A stretch of DNA of 64,000 bases from Takakia lepidozioides (taxonomy: Eukaryota > Plantae > Bryophyta), in the NCBI GenBank assembly GCA_030704615.1, contig CM060734.1, positions 59,272,001 to 59,336,000 on the forward strand. Direction: 5' to 3'. The notes under the pieces are model-generated. The model did not search any database. It saw nothing but the letters and a program-made list of their open reading frames with translations, and was not told the DNA's origin. Shown here piece after piece: positions 24,221 to 35,895 of the stretch. How positions within the stretch are numbered: position 1 is the stretch's first letter; every line of letters begins with the position of its first letter. The position numbers and the translations under genes are program-made.

Positions 24221-27200
24221 GCATTGTAAGGATGTACGTACTGCAGCCCGCATGTGGATCACAAACCCCGCCAACAATCAATTTCTATTGCAAGCTGCTA
24301 GTCCCCTTTGACTTTGCCGATTGGAGTCCCTGCCTACCACCTTGCTCGTGTACTTCCCCGACTCGCTGTGCTCCCTCACATGCGCCAACCTACTGCGAAG
24401 CCCCGCGGCTCAATTTTGCTGCACCGACCACCTGTCAGATCATAGGCTTGTTAGATATTGAGCTACTGTTATCACTAGCTTATGTTGTAATTCCTGAGCA
24501 CCCCCTCTGCTCACATTTATTCTTTAAATATGCCACAGCAAAGTCTTGGCCTCTCATCATATCACAACGCTATACCCTTATTGGCTTCACTCACAAATCT
24601 CCATCTCTCATCCTCCACAACTTCAGACTCATCTTGTACTATATTTTCTTCCAAATAAGCACCCCCAACAAGTTTCTCCATCTCATCACAAAACGCCCCC
24701 TCAGGTGTCATATATCTGCCATATCTACACCCTCACATTTTCAGCCCCCTACCTCATCAATTCTTGTGATATCAAATCAATCACACGATCTCTTCATCAC
24801 CCCCTCTAGCATCCTATTCTTGACAGCCATTTCTCCTCAACCTTCCCACCCTCTCAGCTGCCAAGCATCTACCACAATCCAGATCCACATACCATCACCC
24901 AACCCTGCCACCACTCCACACTGTACCTCTCTCCCACTATCTATATCAAGGCCCGCCGAACTCATTCATCCATGGATGTTGTCCTCTTATCCTCTTTCCC
25001 CCACTCTAGTTAATTATATAGTCTCTACCCACCATACACCCATATTCAATTTTTATCCCCATCATGAGAGCTCATGTACAACAAACCTCCTTCATGACCC
25101 CCAGACGAACCCACACACTAACCCACAGGCAATACCTTCCCCCACACACACACAAGCAACTAGCTCCACTAGTACCCACTATGCTAACACCAACTCTACC
25201 CCCCTCATACACTTTCTCCACAACTACCCCCCACGCACCCCCACCCCTCACCCCCTCAAAATCCAACTTATAACCCACTGCCCACATGGACGATATCACC
25301 AGAGACCCCTTGCATCCAAACACTCCTCTCACCACCCACCATCCCACTTTAAGTCCTATCTACTCACCTATGAAACGCTTACACTACTTCGCTCCGACGA
25401 CATCCACCCAAACCCAGGCCCCTATACCATCACTAGCATCATCAACAAGCTTCCAAAGGATCATAAAGACAGATATGAATTATACTTCCAAACAGACACT
25501 ATCACGCTCGTGCCTGCATATCAACACCTTAGTGACCACTTCTCTCCCTTTCTCCTTAACTCTCCTACCAATAACCGTAAACCCACGCACCCAATTGCCA
25601 CCTTTGGGCTCCCTACCTGCGAACACCCATCCCTAGTCACTGCCACCCATAAACTTAGCACATACCCCCCACAACAGCTACTACTCTCACTAATCGTTGT
25701 CATCTCTCCAATCCCCTCAATATGCAATGACTACTTTAGAACCCAACCAGACATACACATACGTTTGCTACTACACCAACTGCATGAGCTACCCACACTA
25801 CCTCATAGATACCTAGCACCCCCACACTACCTACACAATCTCCACGAATCCCTTGACCTACTACAAGCCAAGCCCAGAGTAGTTCACAAGATTCTTGGCG
25901 AACACCTAGCGCACCCAGCTACTACCATACATGAGCTAGATACTCTCACCAACAAATTCCCATTCCTTTCCAAAAATATTCTCACTGCAACCCTCCATGC
26001 CAAGACAGGCATCCCTGGATATCAACCCCCTCCCATGATGCCGCACCAGTCATCACACATTGTTTGTCCAGCCACACCAATGACCTATCTCCAACACCCC
26101 CTAGATCCAACAGTCCCCCACACGCCCTTCTCCTCCCAGTAAGCACACGCACTCAACATACTCACTTGGAATGTAGGGTCACTTGCTACCAACATTCAAA
26201 GCCTTATCCATCTAATGGACTCTACACCTCCGCATATCATTCTATTACAAGAAACTAAACTCAACACACACGGCCCTAACAACTCCTACATCAACAATCT
26301 CTTTCTAGCCTACTATTTGCTATATGGCAGTTCCTTCACAGCCGCACAATGCCTACTTAGACGCTCCGCGCCATATCATCCCACTCGGGGCGGAGTGGCT
26401 TTTGGTATCCTTCGCACACATCACTCCCCTAGCACCACGGTCAAAATACCTGTTGCTCTTTCCCTCTGATCACACCTTCAAATCATCAAACTACACCTCC
26501 CCGCTATCCCTCCCATTATCCTTATCCACTTGTACATGCCCTCACATGCCGAAGATCTCCCCCTGATCCCTGATATCCTACTCACCATCTCTAACACACT
26601 CACACAACCCTCCAACCAATCCCAACACTATATCCTAGCAGGCGATTTCAACAGGGACATTGCCCTCATGGGCCACACATACAATGGTGTTCACAAACCT
26701 CCATCCCCCGTTGACCATGAATGGGCAAAATTCACTCACTCACACCACCTCCGTTATATACCGGCCGATCACCATTACTCCAGACAAGGTGGACTTAACT
26801 ACTCATCCCTCAGTCTTCTTGATGGTTTCTACTTCAAGACACAAAATGACATCCCCTCATACCTCAACAGTCATGTACACATTAATAGTTTATGCAACTC
26901 AGACCATTATCCCGTCTCAGTCACCATCCCAGCATCCATCATCCCCTTTCGATGTATTCCACCCATACATGTTCCACCGCCACAATCTAGAATCTTATCC
27001 ACACTTTGTCGCGCACCTCACTTCAATAAGCTCCCCTTCAAGTCATAGTTACTCGCTTTGATGCGCGCGCCTGACTCCCAACCTGGCCGCCCGGGCCAAC
27101 TTGGAGCTTCGGCTGCTCACCGGGACATAACGGTCCCCCTTTGCTTCCCACTAAACCCTCCACCTATTTGGGACTAGGAGAATTCCCTTTGGTAGATGGC

Positions 27201-30200
27201 AGTCCGGAACAGCTCCCCACTCTTTGGTCGCTTTCCGGCTCGCTCGCTTACTCACTAGTTTTTGGTCACCAACGGGCTTGCACCGTTCTCGGGGTCACTA
27301 CTCCCCTTATATATACTTCTGTAGCTGTCCGCGGGGGTTTCACAACCAGCCATGCCATTTTATGGCGAACCACCACGAAAACCCTCGACTCTCGGTGATG
27401 AGTCGCGGTGAGTCTTGGCCCACTCACTACGGCCCCTATGGACAGTGATGAGTCCCAAGACTCCCCACGACTCCCACCACGAGGTCTCCGCCCCCATGGT
27501 GAGTCCTATGCCACCCCCACTAAGTCCCGCTAAGCTATCACCACCCCTTGTGGAGCCACCCCCACCGCAACTCGGTGTGCGGGGCTCCACCTAGTGAGCG
27601 CCTCCGCCTCCTTGGGTGCCTTGGGCACTCAAAGGGTGCTTCAGCCCCCCATACCTATCGCTGCCGCTGCCCCCACCACAGGGGCAACCCCTCATGTGTC
27701 CCGACCCCCTTGCCCTCAAGGCAAAGGGCCGCGACACACTTCCCCACAATAACATAATCACCTTTCTAAAACACTTCCAGCCAACATCCTTACACCTCAT
27801 GCTAAGACTCTTCGATATACTCTCCGAAGCAAACCTCGCGCAGTCCCCTGACAAAGCATGGAACGACGCCGAGACCATACTCACAACTTCAATGCAAGAA
27901 ATGACCAAAAGTGTGATTGTCACTTACTCTGCCCCCCTTGAAATCCCACAAACTGCACGCTCAAAACAAAATGGTGGCTACCTTACCCGTACTCAAAAAC
28001 GTATATGGACATCACATCTTAACACATACCACACGATCAGGCGTGCCCTCGCTATTATACCCACCACTACCCCCATTCACCAGGGGAACAACTGGACATC
28101 GGATCCACGTATCACTTGCCTAAATACCTTAACAATGTGTCAAGTACTAATGCCACCACCTGCCAATCTTCAAGATACTCCAAAATGGACAGCTGCTCTC
28201 TCCAAAGTTGGCAGAGATGCCAAAAAAGCCGCTTACAATATTACCAAACAAAAAGCCGTCGACAATCACAAAACATTCGTCTCCTCTTTTAACCAATTGC
28301 TACGCGACCACCCCAAAAAAACTCACAAAGCCATCTTTAACCTTGCCCTCAACCCACCCATTGACTGTCTCAAACACAGACACGACCACTTGCTAACCAA
28401 TCCAACGGACATCAACCAAGAAATATGGTCACAAGCATCCTCAACATACACACCTGCAGTTCCAAACTGCTTACATCCCCGTCTCCACTCTGCCAATTGC
28501 ATGTGTAAAGCTAAACACTATCCGTGGCATGATATAGATGGCTTCTCGATTGACAATAGAGGATCCCCAACGGATCGCATCATAGACCTATTCACAATTG
28601 ATCTTTACGAATCATGTCTCAAAAAACTATCAAAATCTAAAGCCCCGGGCCCCGATCTTATACCCAATGCTATACTTCAAGCATTAAACCCTCATCTTCA
28701 CTACCTCATTTTTAAATTCTTTCAACTCTGTTACAAACTAAAACGAATCCCACACTCCTGGAAACACAGCCGGACCATTCTACTCTTCAAAAAAGACGAT
28801 CCTACAGATCTCAGTAATTACAGACCCATAGCACTGGCCAACACCATATACAAGCTATTGACCAGTACGCTCACCACAATGCTATCAAGATATGGCGAGC
28901 AACACCAAATTCTCAGTGACCCTCAAGAAGGATTCCGAGCTACACATAGTACAACACGACAAATACAATATGTTTTCTCCGCACTTGAAGATGCTAAATT
29001 TACAAAGCAAGACATCTATCTTCTATATATCGATTTTAAAAATGTCTTTGGTTCCCTAGACCATGCCAGATTACTTGCTATTATGCTTGATCTTGGGTAC
29101 CCCACCGATGCCGTCCAACTAATATGAAACATCTACACAAACAACACTACTGAATACTTTGGCACACACTATGGCTCCACCCCGCCTATCCCCATCCTTC
29201 GTGGAACTATCCAGGGTGACACTTTAAGCCCCTACCTATTCATTATCTTCCTAGAACCCCTACTTCGCTGGCTAGCTCGAGGCAAGCTTGGCTATCACTA
29301 CAAAACATCCTCAAGTGACATCTCAGCTGCAGCATATGCAGACGACCTAGCCATTCTGGCACATAAACCACAACACCTCAACCGACAAGTTAATAAACTA
29401 CTCAGATTCAACCTATGGTCAGGCATGGAACTCAGCTTACACAAGTGCGCCATTACAGCCGCCACACATCATAGTCGGCTCACCAAAACTGCCATAGCCT
29501 CACATTGTAAACTCTATGTACACTACCAAAACACACCCTTCCCCTTCCTAGGACCAGACGAGCCATACACTTACTTAGGCATACAACTCGTTCCCTCCCT
29601 TACTTGGCATATCCAAAAAGAATCTACATCATCCAAACTCACTACCAAAAATATTGCTCTGCTCAAATCCCCAATCGCCATTCGACCAAAACTATCAATC
29701 ATTCAATCAGTACTACAAACACAAATTCAATACTCGTTCCACGCCGCACCCTTCTCCTTATCAGACATCAAAAAACTTGATAAAAGTATTATCCAGCTAA
29801 CAAAACGTGTATGTGGTCTACCAACTAGCACCCCTTATGCCCTCACACAACTACCTATGGACCACTACGGCATTGGTTCGAGCCCATTAATCATCTTATA
29901 TGCTCGCACATTAGGCACCCAATTAAAAGAAGCACTCAACGATCCTGGGCGTCTAGGTATCATTTATCAGGGACTTCTCAAATACCTTGCATCTAAATAC
30001 AATGGCCTATACTCATTATCATCCCTGCACCCACAAGCCTGACTACACTCCCCCACTGCACGCACACTACTCATTCTGCGCCAAATGAAAATTAGCATAC
30101 AAACTGATCTGCCTGACTATCCTAACACCTCATCATCCTTAGAACGCGCATGGCTTACAAGCCCTTCTCTACCACAATTTGATATTTCTTATCCCAAACA

Positions 30201-32909
30201 AAAGGTCCCTATCCTCACATATTTCAAAGAACGACACATCACCACCCTCACCCAACTTACTACCGCCATTGGCCATAGACTCTTAAAACCTAGCGAATTT
30301 CCTCTTAAATTCTCCCGAGCCACGATCAAAACCAATTGCTACCTACATCAACTTCGTACCCTCTTCTGTCATCCCTCAACCGCCTGCACTCTACAATGTG
30401 ACCTCCCATGCCTCTACTATCCGCATATGGCTCAAGACCTACTCCCCCAGTACCGTTCTACCTCTACTACCTCCATCTACCAAACACTCAAAATGGTATA
30501 TGCCACCAATACCCATACAGACATAGAATCTGATTTCCCCTCTCAAGTAACTAACACACAACACCCTGAACCTATCCGCCACTTGCATACGCCATCCAAT
30601 CCCTCACCTACAAGGCAAGGATCCCACACCCCCCTAACCACCGCACCATCCCTCCCATCTTCACCACAATACGTCGACAATAACAATGCTTACATCATTG
30701 AAGCTATACTAGGAGTTAAAACCCAAACGTCCATCGATGCCTTTGGAGCCACCTGCATTGATACATACTATCATTGTCAATGGGTTGGGTACTCTTCCGC
30801 AGACAACCCATGGCAGATAGAAGACGACCTCTTCGGCCTACATGACGATTGCGACCCCGAACACAATCTTGCCCTCCTCATCACCTTCCATAAACAAACC
30901 AACACCAACTCTAACACACATGCACCAACAACACACCACTCCCGCCCAACCTACAGATAACAGATATATACACCAACCACTCTATGCCCCCAACGTGCAC
31001 ACGAAGCTCTTCAATGGGCAAAATTTGTTGCGCACTCCTCTCCTACTGCATCCACAATCCTCATCCTCATACAACAAAACACTCCTAATATCTCTCACCC
31101 TCTTCTACAACTCCCAGAAGGGGTCAATCTACTCACCACAATTGACCCAAACCAGCTTAAGTATATTCACACCCCTCTTCTTCCCAAATATCTCAAACGG
31201 AAGGAACCCACCATAACTCTGATTCTACACATCCAAAACCCTCGGCATACAGCCATACCGCAATCTTTCTTTTCTCAGCTCGAACAATTGCTCACCATCA
31301 CTCATAAAATAAAGGCCACCATCCATCATCCAACCATCCTCTCCCACACCCATACACCCACCACATTGTCCCAGATCAAAACCAACAAAGCTTGGAACAT
31401 TGCGACACCACGCCCTTCCCAGGTCGCGCCAACAACACCTCTACCCCCAATCCCTGCAATATATCAACAAAACACCATCCCCAAATACCCACTGGCCAAT
31501 TCACATTACACTGACGGATCCCTCACCAAACCTAATGTAGGGTATGGAATCTATCACGCCGGCACCAGTCAAGGTGTTGCCCTCAGGCTCCCTGGCCCTG
31601 CCACCATCCTCCGGGCTGAACTCATGGCCATTTATGATGCCCTCTCTCTACTTGACACCTCCCCCCCCCCCCACACTACATCTTCACCGACAACCTTACC
31701 TCACTATTCCTCATTCGCAACCACATCTTCCACCCCTCTGCCCATCATCATCACCCCGACCGCAACCTCATTACCGCTATTGTTCAGAGGGCCATCTCCC
31801 TAGGCCACCCAGTCCATATACTCAAAGTCCGTTTGCATACTGGCATCCATGGTAATGAAGAAGCAGACCTACTCGCCCAACTCGGTGCCTCCCAACCCAT
31901 AGTTGAACCCTCGATCGACCCTATTCACATCGCCCACACCCATCCCTTTTGGTTCATACACCCCGTTCTGGACCCCCCTGTACCCAGACCAGTCCGAAAC
32001 CTCCTGACCACTCTGACCAGAGAAGCAAATAAACAAGCGGCAACCTCCATCAGCCATACCAAAGTACACATCCAAAAATGGACTCAATCCAATGTTCTGC
32101 ACCATAAACTCTCCAATCATTTCTGGCTAACCAAAGCCACCACCGACGCACAAATCTGACAAACACTCAAATTCCGATATGCCCAATACATGGGCCACCA
32201 GCGCAAACACATCTTCTGGCCACATCTGTTCCCATCCCCATACTGCCCGTTATGTGCAACCACCCACCAAGCTCATGACACTTGGCCACATCTCCTCAGC
32301 CAATGTACACACCCAGTTATACATGGCTTGCATATCACGCGTCATAACCAAGCAGTCTGGCACCTCCATAAGCTCTTTCTAAAACGTGCTGAAACCCGTT
32401 GGTTCTCGCTCATGAATGCAGGCACCTACCAGGGACGGCCACCCGACCACACAGTACCACCATGGCTACTACCATGCATATGTACTCGATCACCATGCTC
32501 GTGCCCCACTCGATTTTGCCCGGACATACTCCTCGTCCAAGGTCTACCTATCAACACTTTACCCCCCACCTCACCATCCCCACAACTCACCATCCATTTC
32601 ATTGAATTCACATTTTGCCATGATCGTTATCCAAACGATTCAATCTTAGAAAAACGTCAAAAATATGCCCCGCTTATCCTTGCATTCCGAAGTCGTGGCT
32701 GGAAAATCGGCCCATTAATCGTCATCACAGCCGACACTCGAGGTGACATTCATAACGCCAGTATCACGGACATACACGATAACTTTCAAATTCCCATTCT
32801 TCCTATCCACAAATGTTTCAAAGAAATCCATCTCACGGCACTCCGTTCACTCACAGCTATTATCACCAACAAACGCCAACTGGAATCCGGCACTTCAAAC
32901 GCACCTTAG
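24109..32909 (+). pseudogene. Disrupted single polyprotein ORF of the Dualen-like element (~2,700 aa reconstructed)
   Basis: ORF pieces at 24109, 26215 and 26530 share one frame, separated only by single stops. After removing the solo LTR the frame continues into 27616, 29425, 30085 and 31288; one frameshift at the poly-C run (~31660) leads to 31833 and 32190. APE: ILTWNVGS, LLQETKL, GGVAF, LAGDFN, LDGF, SDHYPV. RT: KAPGPD, YRPIAL, QEGFR, IDFKN, GTIQGDTLSP, YADD. RNase H: YTDGS, RAELMAI, FTDN, HTGIHGNEEAD. RLE: CPLC..H..C, RHN, PDIL, IEFTFC, KRQKY. Confidence 0.9.
27007..27736. mobile_element. Solo LTR (730 bp) inserted in the Dualen-like ORF
   Basis: Termini TGTCGCG...CGCGACA with a 5-bp TSD CACTT (27002-27006 and 27737-27741). 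Internal TATATATA at ~27307. Excision restores the frame SRILSTL|PHNNIITF. Confidence 0.92.
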
Positions 32910-33100
32910 GTCCCCCGGGATACCCCTGGGTACCTAGGGGTACCTTCGCCCCCTCTATTCTTAACGGTCACCTGGTGTCCCCCTGGACATTTTTTTGTTA
33001 TAGGGCCCACCCCCGAAAGGGAGCAATAGCCGCAAGGTGAAGTGACTCTTAGTTACGCCGGCCTTGGCCGGAGTCTTCTCTCTCTCTCTACAACGGTATG

Positions 33101-33895
33101 TTTGTCGCCATCCTATTGACTCACTCGGCGTACATCTTCTTCGTTGCCCTTTGCGGTGGCCGAGAACGCACTGCGATATCTCATGGCGTCGTCCGGGATG
33201 CAATAACTGCGGCTGCTCACGATGTCGGGGTTCATGTCTTTTGAGAGCATATGCATGTACTTCCATCCCACGATCACCATTCCATTCGAGGGTGAGTTGA
33301 CATTGTCATCTCTCACGATGGGGCTGCGTACATTGGGATGTTGTCATCGGTGATCCTACTAGGTCAGATCTCCTTCCATGCGTAGCCTTATCACAAGGAG
33401 TTGCTGCTTCAGTAGCTACGTAGGCAAAGGAGCGCGATTATCAGGAATGTCACCCCACATATACATTCCTCCTTTTGGTAGTCGAGATTTTTGGTTGTTT
33501 GCGTCATCAGTTCAATGACTTCCTTCGCACATATGCCCATCTTGCAGCAGAAAACAAATTTAACGTTGGAAGCCAAACGCCTCTGTTCTTGTAGCCTTCT
33601 ATAGACAACGAGATTTTGTTGCTTTACAAAAGTCTCAAGCTCTATCTATTTTAAGTTAGGCAGAGGTGCTAGGGCGGCTTCATCTCGTCTCCTGGCACTC
33701 TCAAACCCATCCACTTTCTGTTGTTTGACCTTCTTCAGGCAGTAGGTGGTACTAGAATAGTTTGATTTTTTTTGCTAATGTATCTATCCCTACGAGATTT
33801 TGTTTTTACTCTTGAGGACAATTTTATCCATTTGTACAGTCACCCACTTGGGCATTTTTATAAAACTATGCAACACTTATGCTTTAAATAAAAAT
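33101..33895 (+). mobile_element. 3' part of the CRE-type retrotransposon (zinc knuckle, restriction-like endonuclease, 3' UTR)
   Basis: CRHPIDSLGVHLLRC..GGERTA..H..VRDAI, VDIVI...DVVIGDPT, AKERDY, VVEIFGCL, FYRQR..VALQK, with stops and frameshifts. A-rich end near 33895. Confidence 0.75.
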
Positions 33896-33989
33896 GCATA
33901 TGGAATGCAAAGGGCTTTTGCAACATGTTTATTTTCTTTCGGAAACCAGGTTTACTTATAAGGTGGTGGGCCACTTTAAAGTATATGTA

Positions 33990-34559
33990 CCAAGGTAGCC
34001 TCTACCGTTGGCCCAAGTATCCAGTGTTATATGAGTCCAAGTGCAATTTCCTATGTCGAGGCCCAAGTGCGACGGTAGGCTCGTGTGTCGCTGGCCCATG
34101 TGTGAAGAATTAGAAAAAACACTTGATTTTGTACCTCGCTTCATATATTGAGACCAAATGAGTGCACTCCTTCTCATCGAGGGCTTTCCAACGGTACCAA
34201 GCACCAGGGCTGAGGCCCACGGTTTGGGCGATCTCAACTCTTATAACAAAACAATAGCAAGAGCCATCTTCATAGGAAATGTCTTCGAGTGAATTAAAAA
34301 TGTAGTAGGTTGTTTAGTAGGTTGTTCCAGAAAAGCCCACTTTGCTATTTTTCACGAATTTCCAGCGACCGAAAGTACTTGAAACTCCATATCTCCTACA
34401 CCGCACGTCCAGAAATTATGAGACCAAGTCGGTGCAGCCCTTCTCATCGAGGGCTTTCCAACAGTACCAAGCACCAGGGCTGGCCCCGCGGTTTGGGAGA
34501 TCTCAACGCTACAAAACAAAACAAAACAAACAAACAAACTACCTTGCTTCATATATTGA
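33990..34559 (-). mobile_element. Non-autonomous repeat, possibly Helitron 5' termini (two partial tandem copies)
   Basis: A ~90-bp block, CCTTCTCATCGAGGGCTTTCCAAC.GTACCAAGCACCAGGGCTG..CGGTTTGGG.GATCTCAAC, occurs at ~34169 and ~34439, followed by an (AAAC)n tract. On the - strand the unit starts A|TCAATATATGAAGC, which fits the Helitron 5'-TC rule. No clear 3' CTRR end found. Confidence 0.4.
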
Positions 34560-34569
34560 TAATATATGA

Positions 34570-34757
34570 AGTAACAAACTGGTATTACAAATTGGAATAC
34601 CTTTGGTTGATAGGAGTCGGCAAATTCAAATCCTGCATCTATGGAGAACAGATTAAAATTTTGTGAGTATTCTAGTACTAGTATGGAACTGGATGGTATT
34701 GAAAGTAATACCAGGACCTGACTGGTATTCAAAAAAAGCAATACCCGCCCAATACTG
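34570..34757. mobile_element. Isolated hAT-like terminus related to the element ending at 1959
   Basis: CTGGTATTCAAAAAAAGCAATACCCGCCCAATACTG resembles CTGGTATGTAAAAAACTTGATACCAGTCCAACACTG (1924-1959). Confidence 0.45.
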
Positions 34758-35895
34758 GTGTACAGTGTACACACTACAAACTCATCCAGGCTAAGTGCAA
34801 AGAGGTCCTAAGGCACCTGCCCAAATGATACCAATCAAATGACAAATGTTAAAAGATCTTCCCAGACAGTTTCACCTCATCTCAAAACATTCACAATCAA
34901 AACAATGGATTGAAGTGGTGTGAGAGTGCTCCATGCCCTTTAGCAAGATATGCGCTCGGCATTGTTTAATTTACATGAACAACAAACACACAGTAGAGGG
35001 GGATGCTTAACAACTTGTATCCAGTTGTTCAGAGCCCTTGAATGAGTGATGATATCAAAAGCAACCTGCATGCAGGTAATTCGTAGTGATGTATGTTTTC
35101 CTGCCGTTATGTTCTCAACAGAAAACGACCGTAGTCGTCCAAAATTCTGCCAGCCGCCTTGGTGGGAACACACTGGGAACGCGGCAATCAGGAGCCAACG
35201 GTCAACCGCCAGTCCTAGTCCCGGGACTCTCTTTTTCTCTCTCTCCTATCTTGTCCCTAAAGCTCTTTCGGACAAGCTTCGGTTATATCCTCTGGCTTTA
35301 CACTAGCTTGTGCAGGAGGCTTGTGTTGTTTAGTTTCTTCCATGCAACACCTTGCACTCTCTCTCACACAGTTTGTTGAGGGAAGAGATAGAGAGATGAG
35401 ATGTACTCATTCACAATTCCTGCATGTCCCTGTAAAGACCTCTCCTGGAGACAGTTGAGGGTTTCTAGTTTCTACCCAGCAGGGTATGGAAAAATCTGCC
35501 CGTAATGCTCACGCCCATGAGCCCACGACAATGCGGCTACAGGACATTTATTGCTGATGTAAGGGCTAGTGTACCTGGAAATATGCTGAAACCATAATGT
35601 TGAATCCAGCACTGATTCTCTGGACTCAATCTTCCACAGATGAGGCATATGTGCCTGCGATTTCTCTGCCTGCCACACTGTGCTTGGGATGTACCATTGA
35701 CCGTTCCCTGCCCTGTGCATGAGAGAGAGAAAGGGAGTAAATATTCATACGTAGGGGCTGCTGTTCGAAGAGCCGTGGCACCCCGAGACGCCACACTTTT
35801 AGTTTCTCCCGTCAAGGTGTGGTGTTGTGACTGCGATAGTTGGGGCTTTTGTGAGGTACAGATATGAGCTGACGAAGCCATGGCTTTGTTCCCAG

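Larger units (their letters stand above)
19888..33087 (+). mobile_element. Dualen/RandI-like non-LTR retrotransposon (APE + RT + chromodomain + RNase H + CCHC + restriction-like endonuclease), 13.2 kb including cargo and nested inserts
   Basis: Flanked by an exact 13-bp direct repeat, CTACAACGGTATG (19875-19887 and 33088-33100). It ends in a (CT)n tail. The interrupted host reading frame rejoins across it (GLQRY|VCRHPIDSLGVHLLRC). Domain motifs are listed in the polyprotein entry. Confidence 0.88.

Noticed and set aside
27616-27736. N-terminus of the 503-aa RT ORF as a genuine start
   Set aside because: These codons lie inside the solo LTR; the real frame continues from the APE region upstream.
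19888-33087. Algal contamination or misassembly as the source of the Dualen-like element
   Set aside because: The exact TSD inside a resident element, a nested solo LTR and land-plant-type PPR cargo argue for genuine integration; long reads would confirm.
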